In this document: in pieces, positions 53,029 through 64,000 of the stretch
Layout: each line of letters begins with the position of its first letter
Position numbering within the stretch: the stretch's first letter is position 1
DNA from: Iphione sp. A-MEVVRFRX5
Taxonomy: Eukaryota
Assembly: GCA_976226885.1 (NCBI GenBank)
Contig: OZ320317.1
Location: 50,716,001 to 50,780,000 of the forward strand
Length of the DNA: 64,000 nt
Direction: 5' to 3'
Position numbers and translations under genes: made by a program
The notes under the pieces: model-generated
Told to the model about the DNA's origin: nothing
Database searches by the model: none
Seen by the model: only the letters and a program-made list of their open reading frames with translations

Positions 53029-54423
53029 ATGAACGGCAGGCAAGACAAGGAGGACCACATGGGACAACATGTCAATGAAGGTAATGGGCCTGTATCTACT
53101 CATAATAGCATACCATCTGTGATACTGGATAATGAAATTCACATTCTACAGCAAGTAGAGAAAATCAGAACTATGACAGAAGAGGCTCTCTCTAAACAAG
53201 AAAACATAATCAAACAGCTACTAACAGACAACATCTCGTTAGCTAAAATGCTGAAAGATGTGACAACCAGGGTAGCTGAACTGGAAGAAAAAATCCCTAT
53301 AAACAGCCCCAGAAGCTATGAGGATGACCATGTACTCACAGACGAACACGTGGGCGATGACAACAAACATGCACAACAACCACATAAAATACAGCTGAAG
53401 GCTAATACATGTGTGGAAAAGACAACCAGTACAGCACACACAAACCAATACACGAGTGAAGAACAGATCGCAAATCAGTCATCTAAACTGCAGATTCAAG
53501 ATGAGCTAACAAAACAAACCTACGAAAGGAGAAAAAACTTAATAGCAGTCGGTCTACCAGACAACCCTAAGTATGACTTGAATGAAGCAGTCTACGACAT
53601 AGTCAACTTAATAGACAAGGATGTCAGTGAAAATGACATAAGCTCTATCAATTGGCTAGGTACATACCAACAAGGTAGAGGCCCTGTGAAGGTGGAGTTC
53701 AAATCAGTCACTGCCAGAAACAAGATCTATTCTAAAAGATACAAACTGAGAGACAGTGAGGACTATGCATTCATATTCCTTAGAGAAGATGTCCCGAAAA
53801 AGGCAAGACCGATATATCAAAAACTACATGAGATTGCACATTATGCCAGAAAACAGGGATGAAAAGCTGGCGTGGTGGGACTCTCATTGTGTGTTGAAGG
53901 AATCATGTATTGTCACACCAAAATCTATGATCTGCCGCATGGATTATCACTTGTGGGCAGGGGCCCCTCATGCAAATTATCAACTCTACACCCGACACCA
54001 TTGTCCATATATGGAGAGGAACACAGGACTGCTGAGCATGCGTTGCAGCTAACAAAGGCTAGATTATGTAACAACCAGGACGCAGCGCGAAAAATCAAAC
54101 AGTCAGTTGAACCGACAAGGGCGAGACAGCTGGGCGATACGATCAAAACGACAGAGCACTGGGAGGCCATAGAGAAAGACATCGTTGCTGAAATTCTCAG
54201 AGAAAGGAATCGGCAGCACCCTGAGACTGAACTGTATCTAAAGCACACAGAAGGTAAGAAAATCATAGAAATCTCGAATCACAACACATAGGGAAGTGCA
54301 TGTGGCCTGTATGACGAGGCAATCACAATAGGCAACTATCCAGGTAGGAACTACATAGGTGAAGCGCTTACGCTAGTCAGGGGCGAACTCACCCTACCCT
54401 ACTCGGATGTCTCTACCCAATAG
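53029..54423 (+). CDS. ORF1p: coiled coil, RRM-type region, CTD and C-terminal NADAR domain; in-frame stops at 53860-53862 and 54289-54291
   Basis: ccaccATG start; RRKNLIAVGLPD, GRGPVKVEFKS, IFLREDVP (LINE ORF1 RRM-type); NADAR motifs TAEHALQLTKA, RARQLGDTIK..EHW, IIEIS...[W]G, PGRNYIGEALTLVRGEL; all in one frame. Confidence 0.85.
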
Positions 54424-54475
54424 AGAATTCAAATGCATATCTGCAAATTATCTTGTTATTCCTTGCAGACGCATT

Positions 54476-55081
54476 ATGCCGACTAAAGTCAACTTTATAA
54501 TGGACACCCGTGGTCAAGAATTTGGCAGACTTGTCGAGAACTATGTTGGTGATTACTTCGATTGGACAACGATCATCATCCTGGAGGGGAAATATGAGGA
54601 CGTCGTCAGGCAAATCAACAATACATCGATGGTGGGGGTTGACATCACCTTCATTTATATTGGTTTTTTACGATATGGTAAGGTTTGACCCCCACAATGG
54701 ACTGAGACCACGATATGATAGCATGACGGTGCTTGACTATGACCTATGGGAAAATATGTTATCACTTGTGAATGCAATATTTGTACCTTACACCCATGCA
54801 TTAGTATTCCTCCCATCTCATGGGATACAAATCATGGATCATCCCTCATCAATACAGCGTGAACTAAACAACCATTTTGCCATTCACAATTGCCTGGTGG
54901 AGGCCATGAACAATAGGAACGGACTGGGGACTCCAGACACAGCCACACCAGTCAATGATTTTATGCAGTGTTCAGGGGTGAATGGCTCAATGAGTATGAT
55001 GAAATCGATCCGTGGGTTACAGACAAATGGGTAAGACGCACTGAAAGGTTCTTGATCGAGAACTACTGCTATCTGTATTGA
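54476..55081 (+). CDS. SGNH/GDSL esterase-like ORF (~201 aa after repairing two compensating homopolymer frameshifts)
   Basis: KVNFIMDTRG (block I-like), FIYIGFYDM (block III-like), QRELN...HN..V..MN.RNG..TP, EYDEIDP..W (block V-like); +1 T at 54664-54669 and -1 T at 54959-54962. Confidence 0.6.
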
Positions 55082-55098
55082 TTGTGCATGACTCTGTA

Positions 55099-57887
55099 AT
55101 GAAATTTGTTCTGTGTCACTACAACGTCAGAAGCATTGTTAAAAAATTCAAAATTGTGCATGATGACATTATCACATCGATGAATATGATCACATGTTTT
55201 ACTGAAACCTGGCTTAACGATAAAACTGCAGACTCAAGATTACATCTGCCAGGGTTCCAGTTGATCAGACAAGATAGGTTCTCAAAGAAAAAATCACTTG
55301 GTGGTGGTATACTGGTTTATATCAAAAGTGATTGCAATGTGCATGTAATTGATGAACTATCCGTCAATAGTGATCTATTTGAGTGTTTGACTATGAGGGT
55401 AACTTTTAGGAAATACAAGACCTTCTATGTAGTAGTATTGTATAGACCGCCAGATGGCTCTATATGTAAGTTTGATCAAGAATTGAAAGGCTTTCTTGAT
55501 AGATGTCAGACTAAGGTAAATGACCGAGTGGTCATAGTTGGTGACTTCAACATTCACTGGGTAACTACTGATCCGCGCATGAAAAAAGTGTCGTGTACTA
55601 TGTCCAACTATGGATATATGCAACTTATCAACAATAGCACTATGGTAGCAAGTCAAAAAATCAATGATTTAATATTCACAAATACCTCATCATTCAACAA
55701 TGCCACTACCATTGCAAATTCCTATAGCGACCATACAGGAATACAGGTTCAATACAAAACTGGTATAAAATGTAGAAGCATACCTAGCCATCCTGCCACA
55801 TCATCAGTCCGGTCAATTGACTATTCCTATACAAAAATCAAGAAGCAGATTGACAATCGTAAATCATATATCAAACACAGTAGAGAAAATCCAGAAGTGG
55901 GATGGGATAGCATGATGACAGTAATCAGGAATGCCCTAGAGAATATGTCAAAGGTGACTAAAAAGATAGCTAAAAACTACTTTAAAAAAAGAATGGTCCC
56001 CTTGAGTAGGAGCTTGATAGAATTAATCCGTGACAGGAAATATTTCTACAAAAAAGCTAAACACCTGAAAGACAAGGATGCCTTTAATATATACAGATTC
56101 TTGGATAAAAAGGTTAAAATTGAAATCAAAAAGACGTACGAACAATACTATTACTCTTTACTTTTAAAGAATCACAAAAACCCATCAAAATTATGGAAAG
56201 CACTTCGGCTCCTATTAGGTAATAACCGTTACTCGGACGTTATCTCCCTATCCAAAGACAATATAGTAATACCAGAGTGTGAAATACCAGATACATTTAA
56301 TACACACTTCATTGAGGTAATCAAAAAGTTAGTTGCTGATCGAACAGTCAGGGTGGTCCAACGACAACCAAGAGGGCAAGACGCACTGAGGATCCACCCC
56401 TTCACTGTATCAGAAGTGGCAAAACAAGTAAGTAAAATTGAGACCAATAAATCTTGCAATATGGAGGGTTTTAAAAGCATTTGGATTAAAGACATCTTTG
56501 AGATCCTCGTGGAAGATCTAACAACAGTATTCAATAGTATGCTTAACGAAGGAAAATATATAAGCTCATGGAAGACGGCCAGAGTTGTCCCAATATTCAA
56601 AAAGGGAGATAGAAAGGTAGTAAACAACTATAGACCAATAAGCAATCTCCCCCTACCTGGGAAGATATTCGAGAAACTATTTTGTAAACAATTAAGGGAG
56701 GAATTATTTCGTATTAAATTCTGGTCAAAACATCAACATGGGTTCTTACCTGGCCGCTCTACAAAAACAGCTATCATAGAAATTCTGCGTAACATATGTG
56801 AAGGGATAGAAAATGAGAAGCTAGTGGCAGTTATTGCTCTGGACTTAACAAAATCTTTTGACTTACTTGACTGCAATATAGTAGTACAAATCCTACAAGC
56901 TGAAGGGGCAGAAGCAAACATTATATCACTAATAAAAGATTACTTCCATAATAGAAGACAGTATGTTGAAGTTAATGCCCGAAAGTCACAAATATTATAC
57001 CAGAGCACTGGAATACCCCAAGGTAGTGTTATGGGGCCGATAGGGTTCGCCATGTGTATCAACTCCATAACAGATGGGCTGCCTCCTGATATATCGATCA
57101 CTTTATATGCGGATGATATCACTTATGTCGTTACAGGGGACACATCATCTGAATCAATGAAAAATGTAGAGAAAGCATATGCCCACACCATAGACTGGTG
57201 TGAGAGTAACAATTTACTAATAAGCCATAAAAAAGTGCCTTTTTTATTATTAAAAATACGGTTCCAACATGTACTTCAGTTACGCATAGGGGAGTCACTT
57301 TAAAAAGGGACAATAGCTTAAAAATCCTGGGGTATGTGTTGAATGAAAGGCTGTCTTGGAAGGAAAGCATAAACAAGACAATAAGCCACATTCGGTATAA
57401 TACATACAATATACGTAAATACAAACGATATATACCTATAATGGTTCGTGAAACTCTGTTTAAATTATTCATTTACCCACATATAGACTACCTCACCCCG
57501 ATTGTCATTGGAGCAAATAAACACTACATAGACAAACTAGAGGCAGCCTACAACAGAAGTGCTCGTATGCTACTATGTGCAAGAATAAACAAAAGCAAGG
57601 TTAACCCAATACTTTCAAACAATATCGATACCCTGAATAGAAGACTGTGGTGGGGCACAATAACATGTATGCATTATATGGTCATCAAGGATATGATCGC
57701 ACTGCAGTCGTATAATAATAAAACTAGAAGCAGATCGAGTAAAAGAATCAAATTGTTCAAATCCAAGAACAGTATCATAAGAAAATCGATGTTTGAAAAA
57801 GGAGTACAAATGTGGAACTCCCTACCTGCATGTGTAAGAAATTGCAAAACAATGCATGGGTTCAAAACAGCTATTGGCAATCTGTAA
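55099..57887 (+). CDS. ORF2p: APE endonuclease plus reverse transcriptase; one frameshift in the A-run at 57229-57234
   Basis: YNVRS, FTETWL, GGGILVYI, LYRPP, GDFN, SDH; NYRPIS, QHGF, LDLTKSFD, GIPQGSVMGP, YADD, LKILG, WNSLP. Confidence 0.95.
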
Positions 57888-58005
57888 CAAACTCTGTTGT
57901 AAAAGACTAACTTTGTACTTGCTATATCTGTCGATTGCGGAAGAGCTCCTTTGAGGTGATGTTATTTCAGACAATAAAAATCAAATCAATCAATCAATCA
58001 ATCAA

Positions 58006-58480
58006 AGTATGGGAATGGCTAGCATTTAACAGACTACATGTGAGGAAAACTCAGTATATGATTTTGGCTAACAAAAAGAATTATATCATTGACAATTTAC
58101 AAGAGTATGTTATTAAAAAAATCAATATAAGTAATGGTTCATCTATACAAATACCCAGGTATCTGGATTGATGAAAAATTAACATTCACATATCACACGA
58201 TGGAAATGCCAACGAAATTCTCGAACACTTGTAATTGTCTGATAATTATATCAAATCTATAATACAAAGACCGGAAGTTACAACATTGTTGCACTATTCA
58301 AAATGTTAATATGTCCTATATAATATCCATGGATATAATATAGGAAACAATAACAAAAGTAAATGAAAAGAAAATATAAATCTGTTAGAACAGGATACTA
58401 AAGAAAATAGTGCATGCTGATGTGTTACCACCCACAAATTTCATATTCAAACAATACAATTTATTAAATGTATTTCAAAG
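58006..58480 (+). mobile_element. Right half of the interrupted old LINE RT
   Basis: VWEWLAFNRL..RKTQYMI and YKYPGIWIDEKLTF continue the RT broken at ~52730. Confidence 0.75.
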
Positions 58481-61400
58481 AATATTTTCCCGTTTGTTAT
58501 AACGCATTTCCATTAGTGAAAGGTTAGTTATTTAGCATACAGATTTGTTTTCCGAACATTTCGGAGAAAGTTGAACCTCTCAATCAATCATCACCACTGC
58601 CACAGATTGGCCCTGTAAATTTTTATGCGGGTGGTAAATCCTTTTCGTTGCTGATATAATGAAATCTGACCTGATCAGCGTAGGTCAAATAAACGGCTCT
58701 GTATCCCCTCCTTCTATTTCCTATGTCGGATGGGAGCGTTAGAACAATTTGGGCATCTCTATTGAACGTTTGGCTGCGTTTACTAAGCTCCGATGCCAGC
58801 ATGTCACATTGACCGTAAGTGTAGTTGTATAACGGAGATTTTCATAGCAATTGATCCACCGTACATTTTCCGCCTGTCAACGTATATAAGAACATGTTAT
58901 GCTAAATGTTAAACTAAGGATCACATACACACCGTGTATCTATTGATTCCTGTTAAAGAACTTACCTCGACCAGTCCACAATATTTATTGTTGGTCTAAT
59001 AAAGGTAACGGTTAGGGAAAGTACTTTAATGGTGTTTGAAAATCTATTGCATCGGAAACTGTGAATGGTACCTGTCTCAATGGGTGCCTTCATTTTATTT
59101 TTACTTTGGCATCTTTGTCAAATACTGGTGTGCCCTGGCTCTAAAAAGTGGCATTCTAGCAATATCCACTGGAAATTAGAAACTATTTTTCTCTATATAT
59201 ATTTAACACCCTGCAAGCTTCTGTGTGAGTACACATAATTTTTTTTCGAACTGAAATACATTTTGAATAGATAGTAATAAAAATGTGCGTTAACTAAACA
59301 ACCATGTTAGTCTTTTCTATGAAATCCTGAGAGCATTCGATGCCGCATCGTGGACACATTCGGGACACATAAGAACGTCGACAGTTTTCATTTCATTTTT
59401 CATTTCAATTGTGAATGTGACCACCCTGGAGGTCATTGCTTATTATTATACATTATTGGCTAGCTCATTAGACTCTAGTTTGTGTACACAGGCACAGACA
59501 AAGATTTTGTTGAACACCAGGTATCTGAAATACGTTTATGGAATGCACCTTAGATGGGCAATCTTTGTCATGAGGTTGTAGAACAGATCCCTCTCTTGTA
59601 AGGCGTTGCAAAGTGAGACGTAAAACAGGATTGCCTTTTGCTATTTTTTTTAAACTTAATGCAGTTTTTAAAGGGCGAAAACATTTGGGTCATTCACACT
59701 GAAGTTTCAATGTACCAACTTTCCCCAGATCTAAAAACATCTCTCTTTTATTAATATTTGATGGAACAGGTCACAGTGGAAGAAAACGAGAGATTATCAA
59801 AAGTAAATGTTCGAATGAAGCAGATTGCACACTTGCCTACCTAGCAGCTACAACATATGAGCTATGTGTAGTAATGCACTACTTATAACAACCTTCTACG
59901 CCAACCCAACTTCATCTAGACAAAGAATAATGGGCTCCTCGTCCTACCCAGTGCCAGCAACAAGATATCTGTGGGCCAGGCAATGATGGATGTAACAAAA
60001 CCCTTAATGCCTACAGTTAATTAGTCTGTAATGGGACACTAGACACAGCGTACCTTGAAATACCATCTAAACCATCACAGCCATGGCAGGGTCATTTTCT
60101 CACATCAATGAGTACTATCTACTTACTGACTGAGTAGCTAATAATATCTTTGGCCTAACATTTCATTAACTTATCCTCATCTATGTGAATTGCACTGATG
60201 TTTAACTGCAGTAACCTGTACACAATTGTGTATGTTTTCCATTGAATAAAAATGTTTTATTACACCAAAGGCAATTTCAAAAGACTGTTGTACAAAAACA
60301 CATTATATTTTAAAGGGGGCTTGTATGATTCTGTCTGTATTTATCAATTTTTGATAGATCCTTATCGAATAACATCTGTCTCACCGACACTGCATTTCCT
60401 TGCACTGGATTGCTCAGGGTATAAATACAGCTTATAAAACAAAGTATATCCACCTGAATAGCAATGTACATGTTCATATGCCATCGTGGACAATCTTTCA
60501 GCTTTCGGTTGTTTCAGAAAATACAACCCTTTATTTATTTGTTCCGGTTTACATAAATTCAGCATTTGAACGCCTTGTTTTAATGATGACCAACAGCAGA
60601 CCTTCGGAGTGGATCTATATTTCTCATCCTGTACATTTATCAGTCTCCTCAGAAAGGCTATGCTCGGTATTAATTGGATCAATTTGAGAAATTGAAATTG
60701 TGACAGTTTGAACCTCTGAGCTAAGTGGTGGGATCACTCCTAGTTACAGGGCCAATCACCAGTCAGAAGTGGTGCTAGTGGTTGCATCGGTTTTGGTAAT
60801 TGTCTCTTTTTTTCCTCTTCAACGACTACCTAAGATTAAAGCAGCTTCCACCAGGAAACTCTAAAAGCTGACTCAGCGGCACAAGGTCCGATATAATTTT
60901 TGAGCAGAAGAAACCTGACGAGCTGCTCATTATCAGTTGATTCCTGTGATCTTTGACCCTAATGCTCATGATTAAAAAAGCACACAGACTTCAAATATGT
61001 CAAAGTGGCACTCATCAATGTGCAACAATCAACAGACGAGCACTAGTTGAGGATATATAGGTGTATAATATGGCATGCCAGTATCATAAGGCCTCCTTAG
61101 AAATACCTGTTTCCGGTAACCCACCAAACCTAATTTTTCAGGAGTAGGACGATTTTATTTTATTACTCCTTTGTGAACATCTCAGGGATGAATGGTGTTA
61201 TAGACTCATGCAATACATCATTCATCACAATCTAAGCTGCAGGAGTGGTAATGCCATACACATCTATTCCTTTCAGTATCAACTTTAACACTGAAAAACA
61301 AAAATACACCTAACTACCGGCCCTATCTTTTTTCAACATATTACCGGAAACATTAATACTTTTTACGCCTCCAAGGGTCCATTCTGAAAAGGTCGGCACA

Positions 61401-63240
61401 TTATACCGAGAACTTGCAAGATTTGTGTTACCTGACATTTCTCCTACTTTCGACTATGCTGGATTGCAGTTCCGACCCTTCCCGGGCTCTCCTTTTTTGC
61501 CATCATGACACTTTTATACGAAAAACATTTCCATTTTCTATAGCGTCACTGGCCTCAAGGTTAAATCTTGAGAAGATACCTATCTCATGAAGAGAACCCC
61601 AACACCAGCGCGCCACTCCTTTCTTTTCGGCTCCGGAGATGGACGGCCTGTTGAAGTGCCAGGCGGTCGTTCGATGACTATGGCTCAATGAGGCTAATCT
61701 AGCCGGGCCCGGGTCCGCTTGCAGTTTATACACAGCACAGATGACGCTTGCTGTGACGATCGCCTAGTTACCGCAGGTATTCTTGCCAGGTTGGGACCGT
61801 CACTTGGGACGTCAACCACCAGGCATTATCAGCATGCCGGGGGATGGTCCGCTTGGCGCGTGCCTTAGCGTACAGCCATGGCACCGACACTTAACTATGG
61901 GCAGAGAAATTAGACCGCATTAACGTCAGGATGTAGATGACAATATGTGCTGGAGGTAGGGGGCAAGTACCAACGTCTACCTGGTGATTAATGACCATAA
62001 ATTTACCACAGGCCGTGCATCTTCAGTGGCGTCTTCAGTGAAAATGTCTCCGAGTGCATCAATGTACCGGTTATTATTAGTTTGCTCTAATTAGTGTTAA
62101 AAGCGACGTGAAAAAACTGAAACTGGCAAATATAGCGCAACATTTGTAGACGGGACTATTGGACTATTGTCATGTAACCAAAGGAACGCGAATTTGATTA
62201 ACAGTAAAGGTTACCAGACATGCGCATCTTTCTAGCAACGAACATGAGTTGAACTTCCCACGTACTTCTCAATAACCCCAATCGATTGTTTTTTTGTTTC
62301 ATTGTTTTCATTATCAGGCTCAGCGGTTAATCACTCTGCTTGAATTTCCAGCAAAACAAGGACCTTCAAGTTGTTGCTCATTTACCTAAAGTTAATTTTC
62401 TGTGGCCGCACTTGAGTCACCATGGCAACCAATTTCTCCTGCAGGGTGAATGGTTTGTTACGCTGTCCCTCGTGCACCATAGAATAGTTAAGAATAATGT
62501 TAATGGGGAAAAACAAGGGAAAAATATGAAATGAGATTTGAGCAGGAGAAATTAAGCCTGCTTGTTTAAATGATGACTGTATTTTACCAAGCAGCTTGTA
62601 ATGCTAGCAAATGCCATTAAAGTATTAGTGGCAATCCGAACACCGCACGGAAAATAGGGTTGTTTTAGCATTGTTTGCTCATTAACAATCACTAAATGTC
62701 CTGATTGTCCGATTAAGACTGTTCCTTCTCCGTTTAATTGATATATTCCCAATATGCGATAAACAGTTAGTCAAACAATACGCTTTTATCTTAACAAGAA
62801 ACCTTGCCTTTAGAACAATGAAAGTTCAATTGCCCTGGCCAAGATTTGGGACGTGTTGGTGCACCAATGCATCGGATTAAGACCATTAATTTTAATTGCA
62901 AAATGCCTGCCCTGTATCATGTATTGAGTGCTCTTGGTGTATTATAATGGTGGAAATCCTTGCAAATCAGCAATAAATTTTGGCATCTAATTACAGTGCA
63001 TCTTTCTTTGAAACAGCATACGGAACATAAGTGTGCAGAAAAATGATGTTTTATATATCAGGGTGGTTATATACGACTGTGGATAACATGCTTTGGGCTG
63101 GCCCTAACATTGATATCCACCTGCTACATCGAGCTCAGTTAACCCAAGAATTGGCATATGTGAGCCTCAGTTGAGCTGCTCCTTCAACTAACAAACTTAC
63201 AGCGTTAGAGTGTATCTGCGAAACATAACTCAAAACCAGT

Positions 63241-64000
63241 TTCAAATTCAAATTCAAATTCTTTATTGGTCCTATCATATGGGTGAGTTTTCCAAGATCA
63301 ATTTTGAGGAAGAACAATTTAAAATGGTTGATTCCAACTAGCATCTTCTGTATATACATCAATCTACAAGGTATTAATAGGACACGAATAAGTGAGAATC
63401 CTCTAGAATTGATCTGCAGTTTGTATTACAGCGTGTATGTGACAAATGAGTAACAGGAATTATTGCACAGTTAAATTGATGATTACGACATAAACACATC
63501 GCTACTGATAAGAAAGCAATCGATGAGTGAGATAGGGGGATCAATCTCTCAAATCAACAGGCCTTACAGTCACGTCAGATGCATTACATGCAGTAATACG
63601 TATGATGTGTTAAGGTTTCATCAGATCTCGCCATTCATACTCTTGTATCCACTCCTCACATGATTAGACTGATGTAGAATTCAGAGCCAGCAGCAGTCAT
63701 CCATCCTTCATTACTCGAACTCAGGCTAGATAAAACACAAGCATTACACAAGCATTGTGTCAGCTCATACTCTGTTTGCACTGATCACACACGCCCTGGT
63801 GATGAATGTCAGAGAGCACCACCTTGCACCAGCATCAGCTAATACTGATTGCTTATGGAGTCTCCCTTAAAGTCCGACATTCTGGGAAATCTGATGCTCT
63901 CCCTAATATTGACTGGCAAACGGTTCCACTCTCCGCCACCCTTGAAGCACAAGGAGCGAGCAAATTTGCACGATCTGGCTCTTGGTAGCAGACATTGCAA
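63241..64000 (-). mobile_element. 3' end of another CR1/L2-group LINE (ORF2 C-terminus, ~570-bp 3' UTR, (TTTGAA)3 tail), running off the window edge
   Basis: Minus frame 64000-63839 reads LPRARSCKFARSLCFKGGGEWNRLPVNIRE...*; forward TTCAAA x3 at 63241-63258 and TTTATT at 63262-63267. Confidence 0.8.

Larger units (their letters stand above)
52730..58005 (+). mobile_element. Near full-length CR1/L2-group LINE with three coding units: ORF1 (RRM-type + NADAR), SGNH-like ORF, ORF2 (APE-RT)
   Basis: Collinear ORF1, middle ORF, APE-RT, AATAAA at 57973 and (ATCA)n tail to ~58005; nested in an older RT. The 5' boundary is inferred from that interrupted RT. Confidence 0.9.

Noticed and set aside
55375-57880. 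Antisense ORFs over ORF2, and similar shadows over the Crypton and Penelope ORFs
   Set aside because: They are shadow frames of recognised coding sequence on the other strand.
50398-58005. Bacterial DarT1-NADAR toxin-antitoxin or anti-phage locus
   Set aside because: No ADP-ribosyltransferase toxin ORF was recognised; both NADARs are fused to LINE ORF1 sequence in a eukaryotic TE context.
1-64000. Host protein-coding gene, tRNA or rRNA
   Set aside because: No recognisable exon series, cloverleaf or rRNA signature was seen; small exons of a gene spanning the window cannot be excluded.

Overview
Repeat-dense eukaryotic DNA, most likely from an invertebrate animal (inferred from AT-richness, the TE families and CpG decay). 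No confidently identifiable host gene, rRNA, tRNA or CRISPR array. The window is a mosaic of mobile elements: several CR1/L2-group LINEs with microsatellite tails, an RTE LINE, a Penelope-like element (GIY-YIG, inverted 5' end, hammerhead-like motif), a DIRS-order tyrosine-recombinase retrotransposon, an intron-containing Crypton, a Gypsy relic, MITEs and a Helitron-type end. The key observation is at 50.4-58.0 kb. An essentially full-length LINE (~52730-58005) has an ORF1 that fuses the RRM-type region to a C-terminal NADAR (YbiA/DUF1768) domain, then a separate SGNH/GDSL-like ORF, then APE-RT. About 0.7 kb upstream, on the opposite strand, a second, highly diverged ORF1-CTD+NADAR fusion lies in an RT-less unit ending in a LINE-type tail. 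In both copies the NADAR C-terminal motif lies beyond a premature stop, so the ORF track hides it. All domain calls come from motifs recognised by eye, not database searches; element boundaries are approximate unless stated.
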